DNA from: Candidatus Bathyarchaeota archaeon
Lineage (GTDB): Archaea > Thermoproteota > Bathyarchaeia > Bathyarchaeales > Bathycorpusculaceae
Length of the DNA stretch: 64,000 bases
Assembly (NCBI GenBank): GCA_963770935.1
Contig: CAVYRJ010000007.1
Span: 32,001-96,000 of the forward strand
Reading direction: 5' to 3'
The notes beneath the pieces are model-generated. The model had not been told where the DNA came from. It saw only the letters and a program-made list of their open reading frames with translations, and did not search any database. The stretch's first letter is position 1. The number at the start of each line of letters is the position of its first letter. This document shows, piece by piece, positions 20,813-31,049 of the stretch. The translations under genes and the position numbers were made by a program.

Positions 20813-22849
20813 TTATGTTTTCTTTAGGCATCCTTCCCGCGGCTCATAAATCGTTCCTTCCCGCAGCAGTTGCCCAATCATGCGTTCGATTTCGCCCCTT
20901 GGAATCTTCTGCTTAGTTTCCAGCTCGTTCACAAGTGCACCTTTCTCTACGATGCCCGTTATCTTCTCCATATCCATCAGCGTTGAAAGCACTACGTGTA
21001 ATCTGTCGCGGATGCTCTTTGGTCTTCCAGTCATAATCAAGTCAATGTCCACTTTGTATGAGGACATGTCGATTCCGACTTCCTCCAGCGAACGCTTCAT
21101 AATCGCAATTGCTGCATCAGCATCTTCCGCAGTAACTTCTTTGCGCAAGGCAACGCGTGCTCTGGCTTCAGCGACGCGAACCAGCGATTCAAGCTGACGT
21201 GCCGTTATTGCCACTGGTGAACCTTCGGTTTCGCTTGCGGAACGCATAGCTAAGTAAAAGTCACTGAGGCGATTTAATGCGTCATTGCCAAGCTCTGGCT
21301 TGATACCCTTAGCGAAACTGACATATTTCCGCAAAAGCTCCGCATCAACTTGTGCTTCTACAGGGCTCACTCCTCTTCTGTGAATTTCCAAAATGTGCCT
21401 GGACATTTTACTGTCCGATTCCTTGTTTGGCACATCTCGAAGAACGAAGATTAAGTCAAAACGTGAAAGGATGGTGACTGGTAGGGAAATGTTTTCTGCG
21501 ACGGTTCTGTTAGGTTCATACCTGCCCAATGATGGGTTTGCCGCTGCAAGAACCGCTGTTCTCGCGTTTAATGTAGCAACAATACCACCTTTTGCCACTG
21601 AAACTGTGTGCTGCTCCATGGCTTCGTGGATGGCAACACGGTCTTCGGGACGCATTTTGTCCATTTCATCGATGCATGCGATTCCTTTGTCGGCAAGAAC
21701 CAGTGCGCCTGCTTCAAGACTCATGCTTCCGCCTTTCTCTCGGACGACTGCTGCGGTTAAGCCTGCAGCGGTGGTTCCTCTGCCTGAAGTGTATAAGCCT
21801 CTTGGCGCAATTCTTGCAACATATTGGAGCAACTGCGATTTGGCTGTGCCTGGGTCACCTATGAGAAGCGCGTTCATTTCGCCTCTCACGTTCACGTCTG
21901 GCAGGCTTTTTGAAACTCCTCCGAAGAGCAGGTACATTATTGCTTCTTTGATGTGCTCTAAGCCAAAGATTGAGGGTGCAATGGAGCTCATGATTTTTTT
22001 GTGTACTAAGGGGTCTTTTGATAGTGCAATCATTTTTGCTTCTTCTTCAGGTGTGGGCGGTGATGTTTCAGGTTCTTTGCCTAAGACTTCTATGGAGTTG
22101 GCGTCTAGTTGGAGTATGAATGTGCGGAGTTTTCCCATGCCCATAAGCGAAGGTGCAAAGGCGCGTACGATGCCAACTATGGAAACGTGGTCTCCTGGTC
22201 TTGCAACATCCACTATTTCGTCTCCGATAAGTTTCACGGCTAACACACGGGGAAGTTGTCCTGGTGGGAGGTCTTCGGGTTTTTCTTGCAAGCGGAGGTC
22301 TTGTGAATCTATGAATGTGGATTCTTCTTGGCTAAACTCAAATGGTCCGTCTCTTCCACAATCAGGAGCAACACAAACTGCTGGAGCCTTCAAAAACTGC
22401 CCAGTCTGCTCAACTTGATTCATTGTGCCGCAGCGTTTGCATTTGAAAGCTGCTATCTGAACCATCGGTCGCACAGGTGTAGCCCGAACAACGATGCCTT
22501 CAATCATGATTAGCTTGCTCATCTGTCTTGAGCCGAGTTTTCGAAGTTGCTCTTTACCAAGGAGCTTCACGATTCTAACTATGACTTTCTCTGTTTTCTC
22601 AGCATATTCGGCATCTTCAATTCGAAGTTGCTCGTAAGCTCCTTTGCCTGAATGCTGCAGGTACTCTTCGGGCTTGTTAAGTAGCAGTTGCTCTGCAAGT
22701 GCTTGGTCAAAACCGTAGAGTTCTTCAAAATCGATTGTTAATGAGCCTTTTCCTGAAATGGCTAATTGCGCGATTTTTTGCCGGTATTTTTCTTTCTTGA
22801 AAAATTCTTGAAAACGCTGCTGAGGATCGATAGTTTCAAGCTTAGCCAT
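20813..22849 (-). CDS. mcm: MCM replicative helicase (no intein)
   Basis: GDPGTAKSQ, IDEMDKM, LSRFD, ITARQLE, Zn finger. Confidence 0.97.
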   Translation of the reverse strand: MAKLETIDPQQRFQEFFKKEKYRQKIAQLAISGKGSLTIDFEELYGFDQALAEQLLLNKPEEYLQHSGKGAYEQLRIEDAEYAEKTEKVIVRIVKLLGKEQLRKLGSRQMSKLIMIEGIVVRATPVRPMVQIAAFKCKRCGTMNQVEQTGQFLKAPAVCVAPDCGRDGPFEFSQEESTFIDSQDLRLQEKPEDLPPGQLPRVLAVKLIGDEIVDVARPGDHVSIVGIVRAFAPSLMGMGKLRTFILQLDANSIEVLGKEPETSPPTPEEEAKMIALSKDPLVHKKIMSSIAPSIFGLEHIKEAIMYLLFGGVSKSLPDVNVRGEMNALLIGDPGTAKSQLLQYVARIAPRGLYTSGRGTTAAGLTAAVVREKGGSMSLEAGALVLADKGIACIDEMDKMRPEDRVAIHEAMEQHTVSVAKGGIVATLNARTAVLAAANPSLGRYEPNRTVAENISLPVTILSRFDLIFVLRDVPNKESDSKMSRHILEIHRRGVSPVEAQVDAELLRKYVSFAKGIKPELGNDALNRLSDFYLAMRSASETEGSPVAITARQLESLVRVAEARARVALRKEVTAEDADAAIAIMKRSLEEVGIDMSSYKVDIDLIMTGRPKSIRDRLHVVLSTLMDMEKITGIVEKGALVNELETKQKIPRGEIERMIGQLLREGTIYEPREGCLKKT

Positions 22850-22851
22850 CT

Positions 22852-23406
22852 TTACTTCTCTCCTGCGTTTTCTAAAATCTTTGTTTTCCATTCGGATATG
22901 ATTTTGACTAGTTGCTCGTAGACGAGTCTTTCTTCGCTTGTGAATTTTTTCAGAACCTGGTCACTTTGGGCTGGAGCGGCGGATATGGCGACTATTTTTT
23001 TTAGTCGTGAGTTTACGATGTCGCGTGCTAACTGTTTTGCACGGTCGTATTCCTGGTATTTCTCGGATTGTTTTGAGGCTTGCTCTTTTAGGTCAGCGAT
23101 GAACCTGCGGAGTTTCGGGTAAAAGTCTCCTGGCAACTCAGAGATTTGTCCCGGAATTTGTACGCCTTCTTTCCATTGTACCTTAAACAGTTTGGTGGCG
23201 TCAAGGATTTCGTCTTCTCGGAAATGTACCATTCCTGCTGCAGCAAGTTCTTTTGCTACCCAAAAATAAATCTCGTACTCATTGCCTTCGTCAAAGGGTC
23301 CAACAGTAAGCCCTGCAAGCTTGATTTCTGGGCAGTTGCGGTTGGCTACGATTTTAACTAGGGAATTCTCATAACAAAAGTCCAGTTTGCATATTTTCGC
23401 TGCCAA
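22852..23406 (-). CDS. GINS complex subunit Gins23
   Basis: B domain then A domain (FWVAKEL, LPGDFYPKL, RLKKIV, EERLVY); immediately upstream of mcm. Confidence 0.8.
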   Translation of the reverse strand: MAAKICKLDFCYENSLVKIVANRNCPEIKLAGLTVGPFDEGNEYEIYFWVAKELAAAGMVHFREDEILDATKLFKVQWKEGVQIPGQISELPGDFYPKLRRFIADLKEQASKQSEKYQEYDRAKQLARDIVNSRLKKIVAISAAPAQSDQVLKKFTSEERLVYEQLVKIISEWKTKILENAGEK

Positions 23407-23776
23407 CCTTGTTCCCTCTCAATCTGTTTTGCCCTTAACGGGATTCAACACATATAGCGAGATTACGTTTAAGGCTTGCTAGAAAAATAAATTAAACAAT
23501 CTGGAACCCGAGAGCTCCTTTTTTGTCTACACTCTTCTATTTAGAGGGCAGAATAGGTGGATTTGGAAGCGACCAGTCACTCACAGAGAACTATCTGCCT
23601 TCTATTTTTAGATTTAACACTTCCACGGCATTCCAAGTAAGCCTCAAAGGTTCATTTGTTAGAAATTTAGCATTTAAAAACTAGCAAAACTTAGTCTATC
23701 AGTTATTCACTGTCGCTTTTCTGGTTTCAGGAAATTGTTTTGAGAATTAATCATCAACAACATGTGGAGGGTTTAG

Positions 23777-24037
23777 GTGGAATCTGCAACTGATTTTCTT
23801 TCAGACTTCCAGCGTAACAATCGATGGATAATTGAGAATTATAACAATTTAAAAAAGGCGTATAACAACAAATGGATAGCTGCCTCAAACAACGCAGTAT
23901 TAGATCATGATTCTGATTTGAAAAAGCTTGTAAAAAGACTAAAAACTCATTACTTAGAAGTTTACGGTCAAATCGCGGTAGAATACATTACTTCTGAAGA
24001 ATTAGAGAAACTAAATGAATCAAGGCCACAGTCCTAG
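23777..24037 (+). CDS. small DUF5678-like protein
   Basis: WIIENYNNLKKAYNNKWIA..N.VLDHD.DL..L pattern; GGAGG upstream. Confidence 0.65.
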   Translation: MESATDFLSDFQRNNRWIIENYNNLKKAYNNKWIAASNNAVLDHDSDLKKLVKRLKTHYLEVYGQIAVEYITSEELEKLNESRPQS

Positions 24038-25270
24038 GACTTTTATTGCGTTTGCAACTCTGCCCACTCCCAACATTAGGGCTCCTGTGCGCATGTCACT
24101 TTCTTCTTTAGCAACTATTGCCTCTACGTCATTGAAGGCTTTAGTCATCTTTTCTTCAAGTTTTCTGTTGACTTTTTCGAGTGGCCATTGTTCGCGAGTT
24201 AGGTTTTGAACCCATTCAAAGTAGCTGACGGTTACACCGCCGGCGTTTGCGAGGATGTCTGGGATGAGACAGATTTCTTTCTCGTACAAAACTTTGTCTG
24301 CTTCAGGGGTTGTCGGTCCGTTTGCTGCCTCAGCAACCACCTTGGCTTTGATTTTGTTAGCGTTCTTGCAAGTAATCTGGTTCTCAACCGCTGCGGGAAT
24401 AAGTACATCACACTGCAATTCAAGCAACTCTTCGTTGGTTATGTTCCGGCAGCCTTTGTAGTTTTGAACGCTGCTGGTTTTTTCTTTGTGCGCTAAAACC
24501 TCCTGTGGAATTAAGCCGTCTGGGCAGAAAATTCCTCCTGTGGAGTCACTTGCTGCTATGACTTTGCAGCCGATTTCGTTTGCCGCCACCGCCGCGTGGT
24601 ATCCTACGTTTCCAAAGCCCTGAATAGCAACCGAGGCTCCTTTGAGTTTTAATCCGTTGTTTTCTGATGCTTGTTTTACGCAGTGCATCACGCCTCTGCC
24701 TGTGGCTTCTGTTCTGCCCCAAGAACCTCCGATTTCGACTGGCTTACCGGTCGCACTTTCGGGTATGCTATAGCCTTTAAGTTGGCTGTAGGTGTCCATT
24801 ATCCATGCCATAGTTTGAGCGTCGGTGTACATGTCAGGCGCTGGAATGTCCCGATGCGGTCCAAGGTATTCGGCGATTAAGCTTACGTACCTTCGGGTTA
24901 AGCGTTCGAGTTCGTGTTTGCTTAGTTTTTTAGAGTCGACGCATACACCACCTTTGGCTCCGCCGAACGGTATGTGGGCGATGGCGCATTTCCAAGTCAT
25001 TAACATCGCGAGCGCAGTGACTTCGTCGAGGGTAATGTTTGGGTGGTAGCGGATTCCGCCTTTGAAGGGTCCACGTGCATCCCAATGCTGAACCCGAACA
25101 CCGTTAAAGACGTTAACTGCTCCGTTATCCATTCGGATGTCTATGCTGACTATGATTGAGCGTTTAGGTTGGCTTAGCATCTTATGCATTCCGGAATCCA
25201 GCCTGAGCTTTTTGGATGCTAATTTCAGTTGGGATAAAGCAACGGTTAGTGGTGTGTGTTCTTCCGCCAT
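24020..25270 (-). CDS. gdhA: glutamate dehydrogenase (Glu/Leu/Phe/Val family)
   Basis: GPFKGGIRYHP, GGAKGG, DIPAPD, QGFGNVG and NAGGVTVSYFEWVQN. Confidence 0.95.
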   Translation of the reverse strand: MAEEHTPLTVALSQLKLASKKLRLDSGMHKMLSQPKRSIIVSIDIRMDNGAVNVFNGVRVQHWDARGPFKGGIRYHPNITLDEVTALAMLMTWKCAIAHIPFGGAKGGVCVDSKKLSKHELERLTRRYVSLIAEYLGPHRDIPAPDMYTDAQTMAWIMDTYSQLKGYSIPESATGKPVEIGGSWGRTEATGRGVMHCVKQASENNGLKLKGASVAIQGFGNVGYHAAVAANEIGCKVIAASDSTGGIFCPDGLIPQEVLAHKEKTSSVQNYKGCRNITNEELLELQCDVLIPAAVENQITCKNANKIKAKVVAEAANGPTTPEADKVLYEKEICLIPDILANAGGVTVSYFEWVQNLTREQWPLEKVNRKLEEKMTKAFNDVEAIVAKEESDMRTGALMLGVGRVANAIKVLGLWP

Positions 25271-25511
25271 AAAGCAAGCCTTCTATTAACAAATGTTAAG
25301 CAGATTGGCTAGATAAGAATTTTGTGTGTTTGGTTGATGCTTTTGTATACAAATTATTAATTTGGTACTTTTGCTTGGTTAATTGTTGAGGCATAAAACA
25401 CTGATTATGATCCTTTTCAAGGCAAAACTTTCCTGAATCCAGAAAATGGGCGTTTCAAGAGAGCGTTAAGCTTAAAAGCCAAACCATTTTATATTTAATT
25501 AGGGAAAATCA

Positions 25512-25871
25512 ATGGCATTTGATTTTGTTGCATTATTAATTCAAATCGTCATAGGCATCATTGTAGTTGCACCGATACTTTGGCTAGTTGGAAGAGCATT
25601 AGCAGGAAAAGACAAAGCAAAATTCACAGACGCCATCTGGATAGTTGTTCTAGGAACAATCATAGGCGCAGTCGTTGGCGCCCTCGTAGGCAGCCTGATA
25701 TCAGCAATAATAATGTTCATTATTTGGCTTGCACTAATAAAGCACTTTTTCGACTGCGGATGGCTAAAAGCATTCGTAATTGCTGTAATCGCGGTCATTG
25801 TCTTCATAATCATTGTGTTGATATTAGCAGCCATCGGCATTGGCATAATAGCACTGGGTTTGGGTTTCTAA
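25512..25871 (+). CDS. small 4-TM membrane protein
   Basis: Four hydrophobic segments; IKHFFDCGWLKA. Confidence 0.7.
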   Translation: MAFDFVALLIQIVIGIIVVAPILWLVGRALAGKDKAKFTDAIWIVVLGTIIGAVVGALVGSLISAIIMFIIWLALIKHFFDCGWLKAFVIAVIAVIVFIIIVLILAAIGIGIIALGLGF

Positions 25872-26081
25872 ATCCGGTGCCCACCACTTTTTTAAAATCA
25901 TGTTCTTTTATATTTCTTGCTGTATGCATCTTTTGATTTGTTCTGTTTGACTTGGACATTTTTGCCTGTTTTTATGCGATCTTGAAGCTCGTTCAAATGC
26001 AAAGTTTATTACTGGATTTTATGTCAGTAATTTTTTGTCTTCTGATGTTTATTCTAAAAAAATAAAAAAGAAAAGATTGTT

Positions 26082-27692
26082 TTAATAGTCAAGAATTTTC
26101 TTGACTGCGTCGTTTTCTACTTCATGAGCCAACGGAATGCCGGTGACTTGCGTCGCTATCGTGCTTAGGCTCATCAGATCGTCGCGTTTTAGCAAGCCAA
26201 GATTCCATTTGCGGTTGCCTGCCATCAACTGTTTCAAGCCAACGCCGACTCTGTCCGTTAGGTATGTATAGACGCCTATGCTTTCCAGTGGGATATCGCT
26301 GAAGCGATTGCCGTATTTTGCTTTTAGTTCGGGTGTTGCAATGAAGAATTTGTCTGGCGTTGCACCGAATTTTTCTACGAAACTCTTGGGTAGTTTGCCC
26401 TCTTTCGCGAGTTGTCTGAAGTAATTTGCTTTCATGGCTGCAGTGATAGGTGATCGTCCCATTAGAACCGCTTTTACTAATGGTCCTTGTCCGAAGTTGC
26501 TCATCGCTATGGTTTTGAATATGGAGGTTTCTTCGATGAAGCCGCCTGCCATAACGAGGTCTGGGACGTACTTGCCTTTCTTCTTGAGGATTTGTGCGCA
26601 TTGCATGACTAGTGCTTGCAGGTACAGTGTGGGAATGCTCATTTCATCCATCATGGGTACGGGGCTCATGCCTGTTCCGCCGCCTGCGCCGTCAAAACTT
26701 AGGGCATCGATTTTTGCTTCTGAGGCCCATTTCATTGTGTATGCTACTGCTGAGGGTCTGTATGCGCCTGTTTTAAGGAAGACTTTTTTGGCGCCCTGTT
26801 TACGAAGCCAATCGATGTCTTCTAGGAAGCCTTTTTCTTTGGGTATGCCGACTCGGCTGTGGCGCTCAAAGGTGTTGAATACGCCGTCTTTGAAGGCTTG
26901 CTGAACCACTGGGTCTTCTGGGTCGGGAATAACGATGTAGCCGCGGTTCTTAAGCAAAATTGCTTTCTGCAGGTCTTTTAGACGTACTTCGCCGCCGATG
27001 GCTTTGGCGCCTTGACCCCATTTGCGTTCGATTATGTTTACTTCGAGTTTGGATAAAGCGTAAGCGTCTATGCCGAGTCTTTGGTCTTCAACGTTTGTTT
27101 GAATGATGACGTCGCCGTATTTTCCATCCCAGAACTTGCGGAATGAGTCGACTCTTCGTTTTAGTTCGGGTGAATGGGTTATTTTGTCTTTGGTTAATGT
27201 GGCTTCTGTGTCCATGCCTGCGATGTTTTCGCCAATCGTTACTGATACGCCTGATAGTGCTGCTCCAATTGCTAGGGCATCCCAGTTTGCGCGTGCAACT
27301 TCTGTGGAGCCGAAAGCGCCTGTTAATATTGGGAGTTTAAGGGGCATTCCGCCTATGACTGTTTCTATGTTTGCGTTTGGGAATATGGCTGCTTCTGAAG
27401 TTTCCGGTATGCCTTGGGCATCGAAGAGTCCTGCTTGTATGCTGAAGTGTGACCAGTCTAAGCCGAAGTTTTTGAGTGCTCCTGCGGTGCTGGTTCCGAA
27501 TTGTGCTGGTTCAGGGTAGAGTGCTTCTCGTCCTCTGAAGGCTGAGAGGCTGATTTCGCATAGGATTGGGCAGTCGTGGATGCAGATGGGGCACATGCCA
27601 CTGATTGTGCTTGTGTCTTTGACTCTGGTGTTTGTTCCAACTGTTGATTTTCCGTTTAGATATGAACTGTTTTTATGTACTCTTTCACTCAT
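26082..27692 (-). CDS. stand-alone FMN-binding glutamate synthase family protein
   Basis: KWGQGAKAIGGE, LKTGAY, DGAGGGTGMSP and MAGG; N-terminal CPICIHDCPILC. Confidence 0.85.
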   Translation of the reverse strand: MSERVHKNSSYLNGKSTVGTNTRVKDTSTISGMCPICIHDCPILCEISLSAFRGREALYPEPAQFGTSTAGALKNFGLDWSHFSIQAGLFDAQGIPETSEAAIFPNANIETVIGGMPLKLPILTGAFGSTEVARANWDALAIGAALSGVSVTIGENIAGMDTEATLTKDKITHSPELKRRVDSFRKFWDGKYGDVIIQTNVEDQRLGIDAYALSKLEVNIIERKWGQGAKAIGGEVRLKDLQKAILLKNRGYIVIPDPEDPVVQQAFKDGVFNTFERHSRVGIPKEKGFLEDIDWLRKQGAKKVFLKTGAYRPSAVAYTMKWASEAKIDALSFDGAGGGTGMSPVPMMDEMSIPTLYLQALVMQCAQILKKKGKYVPDLVMAGGFIEETSIFKTIAMSNFGQGPLVKAVLMGRSPITAAMKANYFRQLAKEGKLPKSFVEKFGATPDKFFIATPELKAKYGNRFSDIPLESIGVYTYLTDRVGVGLKQLMAGNRKWNLGLLKRDDLMSLSTIATQVTGIPLAHEVENDAVKKILDY

Positions 27693-27878
27693 TTGTTCAT
27701 TTCTCCAAGTTCCACTAACGTTAAATTGAACACCATTGCGTTTGTTCAGTATTTAACACTATTCAATAGCATCTATACGAAAAAAACGATGTTTATACGA
27801 AATAAATGTAACAACCGTTCAACATTATACATGACTTATAAAAACAATTTAGACCGCAGAAAATGCTTGGACAATTGT

Positions 27879-28214
27879 CTAAAACTTTTCAAGATACTGT
27901 TCAAACTGCTTCCTATCTCTCAAACAGTTGGGACAAACACATCCAAACGGAAGATTCTTGGTAGTGCACAGATCATCGTATTTGCATTCACCACATGCAA
28001 AATCTTTGCCGCAGCGCGTGCAGCTTTGAAGAAAAACCACTTCAGTGTTAAGGATGCCTCCAATTATATCCATGAGCTTCTCGATGTTGTTGTAGCTTTT
28101 AATGGAGAAGACACCTTGCTCTCGGTTGTATTCGCAGCCCAAATTCATGAGGAGAATGAACTTTTCTTTTTCAACCCGTGGAAGCTTGAAAGCTTTCTTG
28201 TTCAAAACCGCCAT
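27879..28214 (-). CDS. Cys-rich putative zinc-binding protein downstream of rfcL
   Basis: CTRC-CGEC-C-CVCPNC; starts 7 nt after the rfcL stop. Confidence 0.7.
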   Translation of the reverse strand: MAVLNKKAFKLPRVEKEKFILLMNLGCEYNREQGVFSIKSYNNIEKLMDIIGGILNTEVVFLQSCTRCGKDFACGECKYDDLCTTKNLPFGCVCPNCLRDRKQFEQYLEKF

Positions 28215-28220
28215 TTTTGC

Positions 28221-29459
28221 TCAAAACCTGTTCATTTTAAGTAAGAAATCAACCTCTTCAGGCGTAAACTTAAACCACGCTGCCAGTGGACTTGTCTTTT
28301 GCTTTTGCAGAATTATCTTAACGAAGGGAACAAAATCGTTTTTTGCGATTGAATGTGAAACGTGGCATCGGGCACCTATTTTGCCGCATATTCCCTCCAG
28401 CATAGTTCTTTTGCCCTTAGTCCAGAACAAAGTGATAATGCGAATCGGGGGCGAAATGAACTCAAACGGTTTGTAGGATTGGGGATTTACCGCGGCGGCT
28501 TTAGATAAGTTGTTGAAAAAATACTTCAAAAGATGCCAATGCTCTGTTCCAATCCTGCCCCGGAAAACGTCTGCTTGCGAAACAAAATCGTATGCAGCGG
28601 CTAGCTCCTCTGGGTCAGTGTACCGTCTGGGAAGGTTGTCGCTTATGGAAAGTAGAAAGTCATCGTAGTCAACGTTTGAGTAGCTTAGCAAACTTGATAC
28701 TTGGGCGATTGATTGTGCCGTGAAGAATCCTCTGAGTGTGTCATCCATGCTGATGTCTTTGTTTCTTGAACTCAGCATCACAGTGTCCTGAAGGGTTAAT
28801 GTATGGTTTTCTTCGCTGAGGCTTTGCAGGTCGTTTATGGCTGACCGCACGTCGCCTCGGCTGTTTTGGGCAATTCTCTCAAGCGCCTCAAACTCCGCTT
28901 TTACATGTTCTAGCAGGCAGATTTTCTGCAATAGTGCAATTACAAGTGGAATGCGTATCTGCTGAAAACGCACAAGCAAACACACTTTCTTTAGGGGTCG
29001 CAGTTTTTCTATGTCAGGGTCGTTGGCAGCCATTATAACTGGTGCACGGGCTTCTTCGACTATTTTGATGATTGCGCCAACGCCGCCTCGGTCTTCGTTG
29101 CCTGCGATGCCGTCGACTTCGTCGAGGAAAAGAAGGTTTCCCTTGCCTTGAGTTTTTGTTGAGAAGTTGTCTAGTGCGACGTAGGAGGTGGCAGGTTTAG
29201 CAACTGCGTTGATTGCTTTCTCTGAGCGTGTGTCGCTGGCGTTCATCTCGATGATGGAAAAGCCGAACTCTTTTGCGGCAGCATTAACCAGTGCCGTTTT
29301 CCCCACGCCAGGGGGTCCATACAGCAACACTGCCTTCTTGTTTCGACGTTTGCTCTTTAGCCACTCCACAAAGGTAGCTTTTGCTTCTTCGTTGCCAACG
29401 ATGTCCTCTATCTTTTTTGGGCGGTATTTTTCAACCCATAAAAGATCATTTCGCTGCAT
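28221..29459 (-). CDS. rfcL: replication factor C large subunit
   Basis: WVEKYRP, GPPGVGKT, MNASDTR, DEVDG and GDVRSAINDLQ. Confidence 0.94.
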   Translation of the reverse strand: MQRNDLLWVEKYRPKKIEDIVGNEEAKATFVEWLKSKRRNKKAVLLYGPPGVGKTALVNAAAKEFGFSIIEMNASDTRSEKAINAVAKPATSYVALDNFSTKTQGKGNLLFLDEVDGIAGNEDRGGVGAIIKIVEEARAPVIMAANDPDIEKLRPLKKVCLLVRFQQIRIPLVIALLQKICLLEHVKAEFEALERIAQNSRGDVRSAINDLQSLSEENHTLTLQDTVMLSSRNKDISMDDTLRGFFTAQSIAQVSSLLSYSNVDYDDFLLSISDNLPRRYTDPEELAAAYDFVSQADVFRGRIGTEHWHLLKYFFNNLSKAAAVNPQSYKPFEFISPPIRIITLFWTKGKRTMLEGICGKIGARCHVSHSIAKNDFVPFVKIILQKQKTSPLAAWFKFTPEEVDFLLKMNRF

Positions 29460-30453
29460 AAGTTTCCTCTACATTTTTCCCAAACTTTGCAAACTGCGCC
29501 AGAAGCGCGCTTAGTTGGATGTCGCTGTTTGCGCCCTGCGTTAGGCGATAGTCGTATTCGCCGATGATGTTTGAGAGATCAGCTTTCTGTTCTGGTGTTA
29601 GGTCGGACATTTTGAAGATTTCCCGTTGCACTTGTCGAATGATTTCTGAGCCTGAAAAGCCGAAGGATCCCATTATTTCATACATTGTTTTTCTGGCTTC
29701 GATGAAATCGCCGTAGAGAGCTTTTCGGATCATTTTTTGGACTTGCATGGGGCTTGCTTCGCCGATAACCAGTGAAACCGTCTTCTCGTCTACGCAACCT
29801 TCCTTGTAGGCTGAAGCAGTTTGAAGGGCGTTTATGGCGTGCCTTAGGTCGCCTTCTGAGTAATCAACGATTTTCTCTGCTGCTTCAGGCTGCAATGTAA
29901 CGTTTTCTTTCTTGGCAATGCATTGCAGGTGCTCTTTCATGGCTTGCTTGTCTAGCCGGGAGAAGCGGAAGATGGCGCAGCGGCTCTGGATTGGCTCGAT
30001 GATTTTGCTGGATTGGTTGCATATTAGGATGAATCTGGATGTCCGTGAACTGGTTTCCATTATACGTCTGAGTGCTGTTTGGGCTGGTCCAGTCATCTGG
30101 TCACATTCATCCAGAATAATTAGTGCGAATGGAATGTCGCCAAAGCCTGAGCGACTGTAACGTGAGAAATCTTTGATTCGGTCGCGGACGGTATCGATGC
30201 CTCTCTCGTCGGAGGCGTTAAGCTCTAATGTGAAGTTTCTCCAGTTTGCCCCGTATAGTTCATGAGCTATAGCAAGAGCGATGGTGGTTTTTCCTGTGCC
30301 TGGGATGCCTGCGAGCATGAGGTGAGGCATGGTTTTGGATTTTTTCATAAATGCTTTGAGGCTCTCCACGATGTCTTTTAGGCCTACGACATCGTCGAGG
30401 GTTTTGGGGCGGTACTTCTCAACCCACATAAGCGCTTCTTCATTAGTTGTCAT
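29446..30453 (-). CDS. rfcS: replication factor C small subunit (no intein)
   Basis: WVEKYRP, GTGKT, LNASDERG, DECD and IQSRC. Confidence 0.95.
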   Translation of the reverse strand: MTTNEEALMWVEKYRPKTLDDVVGLKDIVESLKAFMKKSKTMPHLMLAGIPGTGKTTIALAIAHELYGANWRNFTLELNASDERGIDTVRDRIKDFSRYSRSGFGDIPFALIILDECDQMTGPAQTALRRIMETSSRTSRFILICNQSSKIIEPIQSRCAIFRFSRLDKQAMKEHLQCIAKKENVTLQPEAAEKIVDYSEGDLRHAINALQTASAYKEGCVDEKTVSLVIGEASPMQVQKMIRKALYGDFIEARKTMYEIMGSFGFSGSEIIRQVQREIFKMSDLTPEQKADLSNIIGEYDYRLTQGANSDIQLSALLAQFAKFGKNVEETYAAK

Positions 30454-30536
30454 AAGTTAACCTTCAACAATAAATTATAGAATAACTTGCTCTAATTACT
30501 ATTTTATCTTTCTCTATCAAAAAAGATATAGCAAGA

Positions 30537-30869
30537 TTAGCCGATCTTGCTGCCTTCAACAATATCTTTTTCAGGCTGCAATACCGTAACGTTGCCAGCT
30601 TCGTCTTCAGCCGCTAAAATCATGCATTGCGATTCTATGCCCGCCAGTATGCGCCTTTGGAGGTTTAAAAGGAAAACGCATTTTTTGCCAACCAACTCCT
30701 CAGGCTTGTAATATTTAAGCAACCCCGCAACTGCCTGGCGCTTCTCTGACCCAAAATCAACGAGAATTTTAATCAGCTTTTTCGATTCGGGAATTTGGGT
30801 TGCCTCTATTATTTTTCCAATGCGCAAATCAATTTTTTCGAAATCTGTGAATGTTATTTCTTCAACCAT
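30537..30869 (-). CDS. tRNA-binding OB-fold protein (Trbp111/CsaA/MetRS C-terminal-like)
   Basis: DFEKIDLRIGKI, RQAVAG, NLQRRILAGIESQCMILAA. Confidence 0.88.
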   Translation of the reverse strand: MVEEITFTDFEKIDLRIGKIIEATQIPESKKLIKILVDFGSEKRQAVAGLLKYYKPEELVGKKCVFLLNLQRRILAGIESQCMILAAEDEAGNVTVLQPEKDIVEGSKIG

Positions 30870-31049
30870 CCAGTTCACGTCATCGCTAGGTTATGGCGCA
30901 TTTAGATATTTACTTTGCTTGCTGGTTAGTTGGTTTCTATGTCTGATTTTTTGCGGCAACATGTCTTCTAAAATTAGCTTTTTTGATATGCAAACTTGTG
31001 TGTTGTGGGCTTTTTTTTACTGAAAAATTCTTTGAAAGCTTGAGCAATT

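Noticed and set aside
21393-22418. 341-aa + strand ORF and the many other antisense ORFs in the track
   Set aside because: Shadow frames of well-supported genes (here mcm) with no independent motifs
23777-24037. Toxin-antitoxin or protease pair with the DUF5678-like gene
   Set aside because: No partner ORF; it runs directly into the convergent gdhA stop
20813-30453. Inteins in MCM or RFC
   Set aside because: Protein lengths are normal and Walker motifs are uninterrupted
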